Shown: positions 10,624 to 21,759, counted from the first letter of the stretch. The stretch is 64,000 nt of DNA from an uncultured Gammaproteobacteria bacterium (GCA_963764725.1 CAVXTM010000018.1:32001-96000); one strand, 5' to 3'. A program made the numbers and translations. Notes: generated by a model from the letters alone, not told the origin.

Positions 10624-10844
10624 CGTTACTAAATCAGGATCTGGAATTCGGCGAGGTTGTTGAGCATAATGTGCGCCGACCGCCGGTGTCGGCGGTTAGA
10701 GCCCTACACCGCGCGGGACGATTCGTGGGAAGTCGAAACCTGAGAGTTTGTGAACAGATCGTCGCGAGCAGCTCCGGGCGTCAGGAGCCGCGGAGCGAGC
10801 GGCGAGACATATAACACGATAGACGAGGAGGGATTTAACAAATT

Positions 10845-12197
10845 ATGGCTGTTGCGATTGTATTGGTGTTGCTTGTCGTTGGCTCCCTCCTGTTTCACTT
10901 CCTGAGTCCGTGGTATTTCACCCCGATCGCCTCCAACTGGAGCATGATCGATGACACCGTTACGATCACGTTCTGGGTCACGGGGTTTGTCTTCGTCGTG
11001 GTCAATTGTTTTATGGCCTATGCCGTGGTCCGCTACCGTTACCAGAAGGGAAGGCGGGCGACATATGAACCCGAGAACAAGAAGCTGGAGTGGTGGCTTA
11101 CCGGATTGACCACCTTAGGCGTCGTCGCCATGTTGGCACCCGGCTTGTTCGTGTGGGCGAGATTCGTCGAGGTGCCTAGAGAAGCGTCGGTGATTGAGGC
11201 GATTGGCCAGCAGTGGAACTGGAGCTTTCGCTTTCCCGGGAAGGATGGCGTGTTGGGCACAGTCGATTCCAAATACGTTAGCATCGAAAACCCGTTTGGT
11301 ATAAATACAGACGACCCCAGTGGGCAGGACGATGTGCTGATAGCCAGCAACGAGGCACACCTCCCTATTGGCAAGCCGGTCAAGGTGTTGCTCCGCTCCA
11401 ACGACGTTCTGCATAACTTTTCAGTGCCACAGTTCCGGGTCAAAATGGATCTGGTGCCGGGCATGGTCCCCTATATCTGGTTCACCCCCACCCGGACCGG
11501 GAAATTTGAGATCCTCTGTGAAGAATTATGCGGCATTGGACATTTCGCCATGCGCGGCAGCGTCGTGGTAGAGGACCAGGCCGCGTTTCATACCTGGTTA
11601 AGCAGCCACCCGACGTTCGCGCAATCCTCCTCTCGAGAAGCCGGCGATGCGGTCGCGGGCATGCCACTCTATGCTATGTGTGCGGCCTGTCATGGCCCGC
11701 AAGGAGAGGGTAATCTTGCGCTGAATGCGCCAAAATTGAGCGGACTGGAAGACTGGTACCTGAAACGGCAATTGAAATATTTCAAGCAAGGTACGCGGGG
11801 TACACACGCCGAGGATGTGTTCGGTAAACTGATGGCGCCGATGACGGCGACGCTGGTCGATGACGTCGCTATACAGAATGTCGTCGCCTATATCAAGACG
11901 CTGCCCGATAATCCCGCCCCCACCACGGTAACCGGGGATGCAGCAAGAGGCAAAAAGGTTTATGCGACCTGTGGCGCCTGTCACGGTCCTAATGGGCAGG
12001 GCAGATGGTCCACAAATGCCCCCCGGACGGCGGGTATGAGCGACTGGTATATGGTTACTCAATTGAAAAATTTCAAACAAGGTATACGCGGCGCCCACCC
12101 ACGAGACATGTTCGGTCCGCAGATGGGCCTCATGGCCGACATTCTGACTGACGACCAGGCAATCAATGACGTCGTTGCTTACATCAATACCTTGTGA
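10845..12197 (+). CDS. coxB: Cytochrome c oxidase subunit II fused to two c-type cytochrome domains
   Basis: CuA motifs DVLHNF and CEELCGIGHFAM; CxxCH motifs CAACH and CGACH. Confidence 0.93.
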   Translation: MAVAIVLVLLVVGSLLFHFLSPWYFTPIASNWSMIDDTVTITFWVTGFVFVVVNCFMAYAVVRYRYQKGRRATYEPENKKLEWWLTGLTTLGVVAMLAPGLFVWARFVEVPREASVIEAIGQQWNWSFRFPGKDGVLGTVDSKYVSIENPFGINTDDPSGQDDVLIASNEAHLPIGKPVKVLLRSNDVLHNFSVPQFRVKMDLVPGMVPYIWFTPTRTGKFEILCEELCGIGHFAMRGSVVVEDQAAFHTWLSSHPTFAQSSSREAGDAVAGMPLYAMCAACHGPQGEGNLALNAPKLSGLEDWYLKRQLKYFKQGTRGTHAEDVFGKLMAPMTATLVDDVAIQNVVAYIKTLPDNPAPTTVTGDAARGKKVYATCGACHGPNGQGRWSTNAPRTAGMSDWYMVTQLKNFKQGIRGAHPRDMFGPQMGLMADILTDDQAINDVVAYINTL

Positions 12198-12280
12198 TGG
12201 CCGGCCCGCAGGAAGGTCTCTTCTGAGTAAGCGGTTTAGACTGCGTTGACTAATGAATAATTAGCGAAGAGGAAATATTA

Positions 12281-14056
12281 ATGGCTTACGTCGCACATGA
12301 CGAATCGGCTCACGTCCCACCTGCCGAAGTTGAAGAGGTAGAACTCTACCATCCGAAAACGTTCATTGGGAAGTACGTCTGGAGCCAAGACGCCAAAGTC
12401 ATTGCCATCCAGTACGCGATCACCGCGATCGCGGTGGGGTTGGTGGCGTTGGTGTTGTCGGGGATCATGCGGTTGCAACTGGGGTACCCAAACACCTTTT
12501 CCTTTATCGACCCAAGCAATTACCTGCAGTTTGTCACCATGCACGGCATGATCATGGTCATCTACCTGCTCACCGCGCTGTTCTTAGGGGGTTTTGGCAA
12601 CTACCTCATCCCGCTCATGGTCGGCGCCCGCGACATGGTTTTCCCCTATGTCAACATGGTGAGTTACTGGGTCTATCTGTTCGCCGTGCTGTTACTGATG
12701 GCGAGCTTCTTCGTGCCCGGCGGGCCCACGGGTTCCGGGTGGACCCTGTACCCGCCCCAGGCCATCCTCGAGGGCACTCCGGGGGCGAGTTGGGGCATTA
12801 TTTTGATGCTCGTTTCCCTGGCTTTCTTTATCGTTGGTTTCACCATGGGTGGTTTGAACTATGTGGTGACAGTGTTGCAGGCGCGCACTCGGGGGATGAC
12901 GATGATGCGCCTGCCCTTGACGGTATGGGGCATTTTCATGGCCACTATCCTGGCCCTGTTGGCCTTTCCCGCCTTATTCGTCAGCGCCATCATGATGACC
13001 TTGGACAGCTTGCTGGGTACCAGTTTCTTCATGCCCGCCATCGTTTCGATGGGACAACAGCTTGATTACGGGGGCGGCAGCCCGATTTTGTTTCAACACC
13101 TGTTCTGGTTCTTCGGCCATCCCGAGGTCTACATCGTCGCCCTGCCCGCCTTCGGCATCGTCTCCGATCTCATCAGTGTGCATGCGAGAAAAAACATTTT
13201 CGGCTATCGGATGATGGTGTGGGCGATCCTGGCCATCGGCGCCCTGAGCCTCGTGGTGTGGGCGCACCACATGTACGTCAGCGGTATGAACCCGTACTTC
13301 GGCTTCTTCTTCGCCGTCACTACGCTGGTCATCGCCATCCCCACCGCCATCAAAGTCTACAACTGGGTGCTGACCTTGTGGCGGGGTAACATCCATCTCA
13401 CCGTCCCCATGCTGTTTGCCATCGGCTTCGTCTTCACATTTATCAACGGCGGGTTAACGGGCCTGTTCCTGGGTAACGTGACCGTGGATCTCCCGCTTTC
13501 CGACACCATGTTCGTGGTCGCCCACTTCCATATGGTGATGGCCGTGGCGCCCATCATGGTCGTGTTCGGGGCGATCTACCACTGGTACCCCAAGATCACC
13601 GGGCGCATGCTGAACGATACTATGGGCAAGTTCCACTTCTGGGCCACCTTCCTCGGAAGTTACGCGATTTACTACCCTATGCACTACCTGGGCATTTTGG
13701 GCGTGCCGCGCCGGTATTACGCCATGGGAAACACTGATTTTGTTCCCGAATCGGCGCACTCCTTGAACGTCGCTATCACCATCGCAGCATTGATCGTGGG
13801 TGCCATTCAACTGGTGTTTTTGTACAACCTGGTCTGGAGCTATTTCAAAGGCAAGCCATCGGGTGGCAACCCTTGGGGCGCCACCACGCTGGAGTGGCAA
13901 ACCCCCGATACCCCGCCGAAACACGGCAACTTTGGCCCGACGCTACCGGTGGTCTATCGCTGGGCTTACGACTATAGCGTGCCGGGCGCCGATGAGGACT
14001 TCATACCGCAAAACCAGCCGCCGGGTCTGAAAACCAGGGGCCTCGAGGAGACGTAG
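12281..14056 (+). CDS. coxA: Cytochrome c oxidase subunit I (A1 type, CoxN-like)
   Basis: TMHG, WFFGHPEVY, WAHHM and AHFH. Confidence 0.95.
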   Translation: MAYVAHDESAHVPPAEVEEVELYHPKTFIGKYVWSQDAKVIAIQYAITAIAVGLVALVLSGIMRLQLGYPNTFSFIDPSNYLQFVTMHGMIMVIYLLTALFLGGFGNYLIPLMVGARDMVFPYVNMVSYWVYLFAVLLLMASFFVPGGPTGSGWTLYPPQAILEGTPGASWGIILMLVSLAFFIVGFTMGGLNYVVTVLQARTRGMTMMRLPLTVWGIFMATILALLAFPALFVSAIMMTLDSLLGTSFFMPAIVSMGQQLDYGGGSPILFQHLFWFFGHPEVYIVALPAFGIVSDLISVHARKNIFGYRMMVWAILAIGALSLVVWAHHMYVSGMNPYFGFFFAVTTLVIAIPTAIKVYNWVLTLWRGNIHLTVPMLFAIGFVFTFINGGLTGLFLGNVTVDLPLSDTMFVVAHFHMVMAVAPIMVVFGAIYHWYPKITGRMLNDTMGKFHFWATFLGSYAIYYPMHYLGILGVPRRYYAMGNTDFVPESAHSLNVAITIAALIVGAIQLVFLYNLVWSYFKGKPSGGNPWGATTLEWQTPDTPPKHGNFGPTLPVVYRWAYDYSVPGADEDFIPQNQPPGLKTRGLEET

Positions 14057-14058
14057 TC

Positions 14059-14727
14059 GTGGCGATCTCATTGGTAGTTGTGGCCGTAATCATGGCCGCT
14101 GTTGCAGTGTGGCTATTGCGGCTGACGCTAAACACCAAGCCCTGGATCGAGCAGCAGCACCCGATCAAAAACGTTCGCGGCGAAAGTGCGTTATCCCTGC
14201 CCCCGGTGAAAGTGGGTCTTGGCGTGTTTCTTGCCGTCGCCACGTCTCTGTTTGCGCTCTTTATCAGCGCCTACTTCATGCGCAGGATGGGGTCGGACTG
14301 GACTACCTTGGCCGATCCGACGGTGCTGTGGTGGAACACGGCACTGCTGATCTTGGGAAGTATCTACTTTCAACGGGCACGAACGGCGGCACAACGGGGG
14401 CAGATAGACGGCGTGAAAGTCGGCCTGCTTGCCGGAGGGGCTTTTACCTTTGCCTTTCTAGCAGGACAGCTTTGGGCGTGGCAACAACTGAACGCCTCGG
14501 GTTTTTATTTAGCGGCGAACCCCGCAAGCGATTTCTTTTACCTGCTCACCGCGCTGCACGGCTTGCACCTGTTGGGCGGTCTGTGGGTCTGGGGCAGAAC
14601 CACCGCCAGGGTGTGGCGCGGCTTTGACGTGGCGGACGTGCGCTTGAGCGTGGAGCTGTGCACCGTTTACTGGCACTTTCTGCTCGTGGTTTGGCTGATT
14701 TTGTTCGGTCTGCTGTTGTCTACGTAA
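14059..14727 (+). CDS. Cytochrome c oxidase subunit III family (CoxO-like)
   Basis: FYLLTALHGLHL and YWHFL. Confidence 0.88.
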   Translation: MAISLVVVAVIMAAVAVWLLRLTLNTKPWIEQQHPIKNVRGESALSLPPVKVGLGVFLAVATSLFALFISAYFMRRMGSDWTTLADPTVLWWNTALLILGSIYFQRARTAAQRGQIDGVKVGLLAGGAFTFAFLAGQLWAWQQLNASGFYLAANPASDFFYLLTALHGLHLLGGLWVWGRTTARVWRGFDVADVRLSVELCTVYWHFLLVVWLILFGLLLST

Positions 14728-14742
14728 CGGGAATCAAAGTAT

Positions 14743-15470
14743 ATGACGCAATCTGTGCTGACAAGTACGGGACATCATCCCCTCCTCTGCCTGAAGGTTT
14801 GCAAGGCATCATCGCCGACTGGTCCTCGGACCAGCGGGCCTTTAAGAAGGTCCCCTGGGGCAAGGCTATGATGTGGATCTTCCTCCTCAGCGATACCTTT
14901 ATCTTCACCTGTTTTTTAACCAGTTATATGACCGTGCGCATGTCCACCACGGTCCCTTGGCCCAACCCCAGTGAGGTCTTCGCGTTGACGATCGGGGGAC
15001 ATCACATCCCTCTCATCCTGATCGCCATCATGACCTTCATCTTGATCAGCAGTAGCGGGACGATGGCCATGGCCGTCAAGTTCGGTTATGAAAAAAATAA
15101 AAAGATGTGCTCTATCTTGTTGGTGGTGACCGCGTTATTCGGCGCCACCTTCGTCGGCATGCAGGCCTTTGAGTGGACCAAGCTGATCGTGGAGGAGGGG
15201 GTACGCCCCTGGGGCAATCCCATGGGCGCGCCCCAGTTTGGCGCGAGCTTTTTCATGATCACGGGCTTCCATGGCTTTCACGTGTCGGTCGGCGTGATAT
15301 TCCTGATCATCACGGCGATAAAGGTTATACGGGGCGATTTGGATCGCCAGAGGCCAGGTTTTATGACCGGCAGGAAGGGGAACTACGAGATCGTCGAAAT
15401 CATGGGTCTGTATTGGCACTTCGTCGATCTGGTGTGGGTATTCATCTTTGCGTTCTTTTATCTTTGGTAG
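14743..15470 (+). CDS. Second cytochrome c oxidase subunit III family protein (CoxP-like)
   Basis: MWIFLLSDTF, TGFHGFHV and GLYWHFVDLVW. The ATG at 14743 needs one extra base (GGG run near 14768) to join the main frame. Confidence 0.85.
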
Positions 15471-15478
15471 GAGATAAC

Positions 15479-15907
15479 ATGGCTCACGTAGAAGGGCAAC
15501 AACATCCGATTGGCGTTTATTTATGGATCTGGGGATTGCTGTTTGTTCTCAGCACGTTTTCTTATCTCGTCGACTACTTCCACTTTCAGGGTTACCTCAG
15601 GTGGTCACTGATCCTGCTGTTCATGTTGCTGAAGGCGGGCCTGATAGTCGCCGTCTTCATGCACATGCGCTGGGAGCGGCTAGCCCTGATGTATGCCATT
15701 TTGGTGCCGCCTCTTTGTTTGCTTGTGTTGATAAGTCTCATGGCGGTCGAAGGGGACTACACGTTTTCGACCCGACACTCGTTCTTCGGGCAGGGATCCG
15801 AGGTCCCCGTCGAGCATGCGTCGCGCGCACACGGCGCCCCGGCGGGTGAAGCATACGTTCTCCCCGCGCAGATCGGGTCAGCGTCCGAAGTATCCCCACA
15901 AAAATAG
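15479..15907 (+). CDS. Cytochrome c oxidase subunit IV family (CoxQ-like)
   Basis: GGAG RBS; KAGLIVAVFMHMRWE. Confidence 0.85.
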   Translation: MAHVEGQQHPIGVYLWIWGLLFVLSTFSYLVDYFHFQGYLRWSLILLFMLLKAGLIVAVFMHMRWERLALMYAILVPPLCLLVLISLMAVEGDYTFSTRHSFFGQGSEVPVEHASRAHGAPAGEAYVLPAQIGSASEVSPQK

Positions 15908-15957
15908 CTGAGATATCAGGCGCGGCCGATTTTCAATGTCCTCAAGACAGCCGCGTT

Positions 15958-16530
15958 TCACATTGTTTCCTCCGGATCTTGGGTCATCGCAGTGTCTAGC
16001 CGGGGATCCGAAACGTCGTCCGGCACCGCAGGGTAGGCCTCAGCGAAGGGAGGCGTGGGTACACGACCTTGCTGCACCGGATAAACGTTCGATGGCTGCT
16101 CGGCCGTGGCGGTTGAAGCCTTGGGTGTGAGGGCGTGCGGCGTAGACAACACCGTCACCGCCGGCAGATGACTCCCCTCGAGTGGATAGATCGCATAGGA
16201 GAAGCCATCGAGGATCTTCTTGACTCCTTCGGTGAAGGGCAGCGCGGCCACCTCGGCGAATACCGGCTGAGCCTCGGTTACAGGATCGATGAGAGTAAAT
16301 CGTGCGCCGGTTGCGGCGCCAAGTTGACGCAGTACCTGTCCGAGCGGGGCACCATGGGCGCGAGCATCGAGCAGGCCCTTGACGTAGCGAATGGCGAGCG
16401 GCTCGACAGTCTCGGGCTTATCCTTGGAAACGCGTTTCATCGGGTACGCCTTGGCGTGCGCGGCAGGTGGCGATAGCCCCACGAACAGGGCCAGAACTAA
16501 GAAGAGATACCTGTCAGTTTTCATTTGCAT
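15958..16530 (-). CDS. Secreted hypothetical protein (signal peptide; weak secretin/STN N-terminal-like region)
   Basis: Signal peptide ending AHA; APLGQVLRQLG...F...VKKILDGFSY. Its 3' end is duplicated at 24132-24313. Confidence 0.55.
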   Translation of the reverse strand: MQMKTDRYLFLVLALFVGLSPPAAHAKAYPMKRVSKDKPETVEPLAIRYVKGLLDARAHGAPLGQVLRQLGAATGARFTLIDPVTEAQPVFAEVAALPFTEGVKKILDGFSYAIYPLEGSHLPAVTVLSTPHALTPKASTATAEQPSNVYPVQQGRVPTPPFAEAYPAVPDDVSDPRLDTAMTQDPEETM

Positions 16531-16687
16531 TCCTCTGGACAGAATCCTCTGGTTGAAAAAAGAGGCAACAACGCACCCTCCGCCTTTTCTTTACGATCGG
16601 AACGACAAGTGTAAGTGCCAAAGCACTCGATCCGCACCGTAGGGTTTGAAGCCCTCTGCCTGGAAGGCGTCCTGACGGCTTCACTTA

Positions 16688-16718
16688 TTACTCACGTACA
16701 GGGTCGCGGAGATTTGCC
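16688..16718 (-). promoter_or_regulatory. GGCAAAT-N11-TGTACGTGTGTAA motif (ECF-promoter-like); other copies at 19811-19841 (-), 20971-21001 (-), 21942-21972 (-), 22072-22102 (+), 24323-24353 (-)
   Basis: Six copies with identical spacing and variable spacers, four of them pointing into nearby gene starts. Confidence 0.7.
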
Positions 16719-16908
16719 GAAGGGACTAAAAAAATCAGCTCTTAAGTGGCGGCTTGTCTTCGGCCTGCAAAGCCAGCGCTTTTTTCTCGACGAACAGGGC
16801 CGGACGACTTTATCGGCGGATCCGCCAACTGCTTGGTTAGTGCAGAAGCTTGCAAGGAGGCAAGAAATTGGCGTATGACACAGGTCGCCGGCGACTGACA
16901 GAAGGGTT

Positions 16909-16954
16909 GTAGGGTGCGCTGAGCGCGCCATTTGGTGCGTGCAACGCACCCTAC
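16909..16954. repeat. GTAG-type REP doublet
   Basis: GTAGGGTGCG...CGCACCCTAC inverted pair; degraded copy near 24539-24580. Confidence 0.65.
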
Positions 16955-16959
16955 GGTTA

Positions 16960-17730
16960 CCACTTGATTGATCCTCCGGTACTGTGGACAGCCCCAGTTA
17001 GGTCTGATCGTGGCGGTGGCCTGGTTACCCGCGGTCACGGTCTTGCAGTCCACGACCCCGTACACGATCGAGCCGTCGGCGTTGGTGGAAAGCCTCTCGA
17101 TGCGGTGTGATCCGGGCGTAACGTTCGCGAAGACCGTGGTGTAGCCGCACTTCTTGTAACCGTTGCCCAAAGGCGTTTCCATACGCATCACCCTCCTCGA
17201 CTCGCCGGTCGTGGCCAGCCTGAATGTCTCGTCGAAACAGGTCGCGTGGCTGAACGTATCGTAGGAAGCAGTCGCCTTGATGGATCCGTAGATCGCCGGT
17301 GGCTTATCCGGACCGGCTCCTCCGGGTATCTCCAAGTTTGGCGGAATCGGTCGACCCACGTCGCCGTAGGTGAAGTTGAAGCTGTACCAGCCACCATAGA
17401 TCCACGGCGACTCCTCTTCAAAAGCCCAGGTCCAGACCGACCGGCCGTTTTCGATGCGAGTCACATAGTGACTGTCCACCGGTTTCTCTCGTGGTCGTTG
17501 TATTCCTTACCATTGGACAACTTGTACGTAAAGTCCTGGGTCCAGCCCTTGAGGGTGCGGAAGTTCCATTCGGGATCTCGGATGTCGAGTTCCATCTGGA
17601 TGAGGGAATCGGTCCCCGAGTCAGCCCTGGGACAGGTGTGCACCTGAACCATGTACCCGGTTTGTTCAGTCACGGGGAGCGATTGCATTGTCCGGGCGTT
17701 GACGCCTCCGCAGGTCGCAACGGCCATCAA
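16960..17730 (-). pseudogene. Fragmented hypothetical, probably extracellular, protein
   Basis: Two overlapping minus-strand ORFs (17461-17730 and 16742-17479), rich in W/Y/T/G. No clear start; the 3' end reads into a repeat block. Confidence 0.45.
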
Positions 17731-17747
17731 TCCGCACAGCCAGGCAA

Positions 17748-18218
17748 GTGAGTTTCGAGCCTGAGGGCATCGACATCGAACACGTTGCCGAGGAGCTTGA
17801 AAGCATGGGCAAGACCCAACAACGCGTGCTGCTTAGCCGTTTAACCGTGCTGCTTGCCCACCTCATGAAATGGCAACGGCAACCTGAACTGCGTTCCAGA
17901 AGTTGGAAGAACACCATAACGATCCAACGGATCGACCTTCAGGAACTACTGCAAGACAACCCCAGCCTTCAACCTCAGACGGGAGAGGCGTTAAACCGGG
18001 CTTACCGAAAAGCCAAGCTATTAGCCGCCGGGGATACCAATATGGATGAAACCAGCTTTCCAGAGACTTGCCCGTATTCCTTCGAGCAGGCGATGGAGGA
18101 GGCGTTGGCCGGAATGAAATGTCCCCCTAGGGGAGGTTTGAACCCCCCCTTGGTGTTCATCGCGACCTCCTGTGAGTGCTCACAAAAATACACTGACGAT
18201 TCAAGCAAACAGACATAA
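17748..18218 (+). CDS. DUF29 family protein (N-terminally truncated)
   Basis: IDIEHVAEELESMGK, LLAHLMKWQRQP..RSRSW and FPETCPYS. Confidence 0.8.
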   Translation: MSFEPEGIDIEHVAEELESMGKTQQRVLLSRLTVLLAHLMKWQRQPELRSRSWKNTITIQRIDLQELLQDNPSLQPQTGEALNRAYRKAKLLAAGDTNMDETSFPETCPYSFEQAMEEALAGMKCPPRGGLNPPLVFIATSCECSQKYTDDSSKQT

Positions 18219-18508
18219 GCTAACCAAATTTGAGGCCTCTTAATAGTGTTGCGCTTTAAGGTTTCCTTTGAGGAACAGGACCGCGGCCTCGACTTCAGGC
18301 CCATTTGAGATAGGCTTGGCCTTTCCTCTTGCCTGAGTAGCCGTAGGTTGGCGCGGATTCCTTGCTGCATTTGACCAAACGCACGTAGGATCCTGGTTAG
18401 TGGTCGATAAAATCACCCTTAGAATATGCCACCGCCTGTCGCCTCTAGTACGGCTCACAAAGTCTTGGGCTCTTTGTACGGCGTCATATCGCAGCCCAGC
18501 TACGCGAT

Positions 18509-19141
18509 TTAGTTACGTGTATTCACCACATTGTAGGAAACAAGTTCCTGCCTCGTTAGATAGGTAGCGCCTAAATGACTCGTCTCAAAGTTTGGAAATA
18601 ACAAGCGCAGGGATACGGACATCTCGATCAAATAGTCCGCTAGTTTTTTGGCAGTAAGCGCAGATTCTTGCTCTACAAATAAGATTAATTTTGCCGCCCC
18701 TTGAGGTCCCTCTGCTTTAATCAGTTCCATAACCGCTTCAACATACCCTACACTCCGCACAGTACTAAACATATGCACACCGAACCTTCCGCCTGGGTCG
18801 ATATAACGGATGACACCGCCTAAAAAGGCGAACGTACAAATACTCCCGCAGGTGGCGGCTTTCCGAATTCGGGTGGCTAGTCCAAGAGAGCGGATTTTTC
18901 GTCCTATTTCGAGTCCTTCGTCAACAACGCCGCCCGGGGAATCGAACCAAACCTCATCGACGCTACCCGCCCTACGCACGGCGTCTGCAAAATTGATACT
19001 ATCGCCCGGATCAAATCCCCCCTTTAAAAGCACCACTTTGTTGCTGCCCAACTGGCCGATTTTGATCTCCAGGGCATCGGCGTGCTGACTTATACAAAAA
19101 ATAGGTAGCAGTAAAAAAGCCCAAAGAACGCCTTTTTTCAT
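18509..19141 (-). CDS. Secreted ClpP/crotonase-like protein (COG3904-like)
   Basis: Signal peptide; FDSPGGVVDEG, CGSICTFAFLGG and GVH. Lower GC than the core genes. Confidence 0.7.
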   Translation of the reverse strand: MKKGVLWAFLLLPIFCISQHADALEIKIGQLGSNKVVLLKGGFDPGDSINFADAVRRAGSVDEVWFDSPGGVVDEGLEIGRKIRSLGLATRIRKAATCGSICTFAFLGGVIRYIDPGGRFGVHMFSTVRSVGYVEAVMELIKAEGPQGAAKLILFVEQESALTAKKLADYLIEMSVSLRLLFPNFETSHLGATYLTRQELVSYNVVNTRN

Positions 19142-19707
19142 CAGGAAACCCTCTTCCAGCCGCCTCCGTTGGGATCACGGCAGTGCATGCCATTTTCACT
19201 CACCTCCTTTCCTTGGACATAAGCCACCTCGTGTGTTTGCCGGCATTCCTGTCCCCTGGTGTCATAACCCACAGGAGTGGCAGTTGTCTGCCCTTCGACA
19301 TCTTTGTTGTGGTCGCTTTTCCACGTTACCGCCGCCGTTTGGCCAGATTCGACGGGTGTATCCAACGCTTTTTGAGTCGCGCCAGCAGCAATTTGCCGGT
19401 CACGTTCGTCCAGATACCGAGCGATAGTATAGCCGGCCGTGCCACCGACCAGACCACCGATTGCTGCACCGATCCATGCACCATCCTCACCGCCGATTGC
19501 CTTTCCTATCAAAGCGCCTACTCCTGCACCAGCTACGGTTCCTAAACCTGTGCTAACCTGACTTCGATTGGTGCCAGCGCACGCAGTCAGACTACCCGCT
19601 AAGAACAAAATCACAAAAAACTTTGCACCTTCGTTTCTGAACGTTTTCGGTAGGTTTTCGATGCTGCAATTTTCTTGACTAATAGACATATTCGCTTCTC
19701 CTTTCAT
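19141..19707 (-). CDS. Glycine-zipper lipoprotein (17-kDa surface antigen-like)
   Basis: Lipobox LTAC, glycine zipper GAGVGALIG...GAAIGGLVG and C-terminal CR...CR..GGGWK. Confidence 0.8.
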   Translation of the reverse strand: MKGEANMSISQENCSIENLPKTFRNEGAKFFVILFLAGSLTACAGTNRSQVSTGLGTVAGAGVGALIGKAIGGEDGAWIGAAIGGLVGGTAGYTIARYLDERDRQIAAGATQKALDTPVESGQTAAVTWKSDHNKDVEGQTTATPVGYDTRGQECRQTHEVAYVQGKEVSENGMHCRDPNGGGWKRVS

Positions 19708-19867
19708 AAGGTCTTCTTTTCGTTAAAATCCGGCGGACGCGGGACAAAGCTTTCCACATCCGTAGCCATTTAGCCGTCCTAGCAAATCAGCATTTTCCTG
19801 AATGCATTAATTACAGACGTACACGGCCCCCGAAATTTGCCAAAGAGTTGAAAAAACGTACACCGCT

Positions 19868-20079
19868 TGCAGATGGAGGGCTTAATGGCCACGTGCCCAC
19901 TACCCCCGTATACGTCACACCTCCTATCCAGTTCCTGTTCGTCGCCCCGTAGCTTTGGATTGGACTTCCTTCAGACCCCACCTCGCGGTGACGCCCTTGC
20001 CCTTCTCCTAACCTTCGGCTCTGCGAATACGTGGTATCGGGACTCTCACCCGACTCGCTTCGTGCCATGCTCGGCACAC
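19868..20079 (-). ncRNA. 5' fragment (domain I) of a group II intron, class C-like
   Basis: Minus strand starts GTGTGCCGAGCATGGCACGAAGCGAGTCGGGTGAGAGTCCCG (GUGYG 5' end); no RT ORF follows. Confidence 0.7.
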
Positions 20080-20110
20080 ACGCCTGAATTAAGGACGATT
20101 ATGCAGTTCA

Positions 20111-20782
20111 ATGCCCCGTCGTCCACGGATCGCTTTGGCCGGTGTGCCGCTACATCTCATCCAGCGAGGCAACAACCGCGCTGCCTGTTTCTTCGAGGAG
20201 GAGGAGGACTACCGGTTCTATCTCGACCTCGTAGGCGAGCTCTCGGGCAAGTTCGGTTGCGCGGTACATGCCTATGTGCTGATGACCAATCACGTGCATC
20301 TGCTCCTCACACCAGACAAGGCAGACAGTGCCTCGTTGCTGTTGAAGCACCTGGGGCAGCGTTACGTTCAGTACATCAACCACAGCTATCGTCGCAGCGG
20401 TACCCTTTGGGAAGGCCGTTTTCGGTCTTGTGTTGCACGGGAGACGGACTATGTGCTCGCCTGCTACCGGTATATCGAGATGAATCCGGTACGGGCAGCG
20501 ATGGTCAAGCACCCGCGGCATTACCGTTGGTCGAGCTACCGGATTAACGCCGAAGGGCGCGCATCGAATGTGATTACTCAGCACGAACACTACCGAGCAC
20601 TGGGGCGCTTAGAGCAAGCGCGCCGGGAAGCCTACCGGGCCTTGTTCAAAACCGAGCTGGACCCGGAGGTGCTACGGGACATCCGCTTGGCGACCCATGG
20701 GAACTACGCCCTAGGAATTGCAGAAAACCCTCCAGCGCGCTTTGCACTATCTATCTCTCAACGCACGGCGCGCCCATCCTAA
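20111..20782 (+). mobile_element. REP-associated tyrosine transposase (Y1/HUH, RAYT-like)
   Basis: MPRRPR...HLIQRGNNR, YVLMTNHVHLL, LWEGRF, YIEMNPVRA and WSSY. Confidence 0.88.
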
Positions 20783-21189
20783 GAGAGACCAGCGCTCAGG
20801 ACGCCTTAAACTCGGTTTGCAGCACGTTTACGGTGCCTCTTAAGAACTAACGTATGAAGCTCTGCTAATTTCAATAAATAAGAACCCGGTTTACACCGAG
20901 CGTATCGCGTGCCGTTCGGGTTTCCCCAGGTCAGGACAATTCCTGTTGGGGATGCGTACACACGCATTGATTACACACGTACAAAGCTCCCAATATTTGC
21001 CGGTTGAGTGAAAATATTTTTTTCGCATTCGCTATAGACGGCGGGAGATGGGCGCGAAAGTGGATTGCGCAGAGAGGTTGTTTGTAAACGATATTTGCGA
21101 CATAACAAGAAGTGGGGCGAGCCGGAACTCGCCCCACCAGTAGTCTCAACTTCGCTTTGAAAAGAGACTCGGCGTTACCTGGCAGCCTT

Positions 21190-21759
21190 CTAATTCTGCA
21201 CGACCAGCGATTTCGCGCGGATGTATCCACCGTCCAGATAACTACCGAATTTTACTCGGACCTGATGGGTACCCGCCGGAAGTGTGTTGATACGGGCATC
21301 GATCCCCGAATAGGACCAACCGTACCCGCTGCACAGGTAGGGGAAGATTTGTGTGGGAACCGCGTCTTGCCAACCTGCAGGTCCTTGCGGATTTACCTCG
21401 ACCTGGGCCTTCACGTACGAATCTGAATAGATATCGGAACTGACGGGGAAAGATTCTCCGCCGTACAGTTCATAGCCCGTACATTCCGCGTGAAAGCTAA
21501 TGAGTACTTCCTGATTGGCTGCGGAGGTCGTAAAACTGTATTCCGTGCCACCGGGGTCAGCACCATTAAAATCCACCGTTCCGTTGCCGGGGACGCCTGG
21601 TTCGCCAGAGTCCGGGCTTGCTTGCTTAGTTACATTGGTCTTGATCAAGAGGATGGCCGCCGAGGCTTCGGTGGTCGCGAGACCCATGGCACTCGCGAGC
21701 GTCAGGGCAGCGAGCGTTTTGAACTTTGAATGTGTAGTTTTCATGGTATGTTGCTCCAA
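21190..21759 (-). CDS. Secreted hypothetical protein
   Basis: Signal peptide MKTTHSKFKTLAALTLASAMGLATTEASA; beta-rich mature part. Confidence 0.65.
   Translation of the reverse strand: MEQHTMKTTHSKFKTLAALTLASAMGLATTEASAAILLIKTNVTKQASPDSGEPGVPGNGTVDFNGADPGGTEYSFTTSAANQEVLISFHAECTGYELYGGESFPVSSDIYSDSYVKAQVEVNPQGPAGWQDAVPTQIFPYLCSGYGWSYSGIDARINTLPAGTHQVRVKFGSYLDGGYIRAKSLVVQN

Noticed and set aside
19867-20110. 226-aa ORF 19867-20547 and 88-aa ORF 19811-20077
   Set aside because: They are spurious translations of the group II intron RNA fragment and an alternate frame of the RAYT gene.
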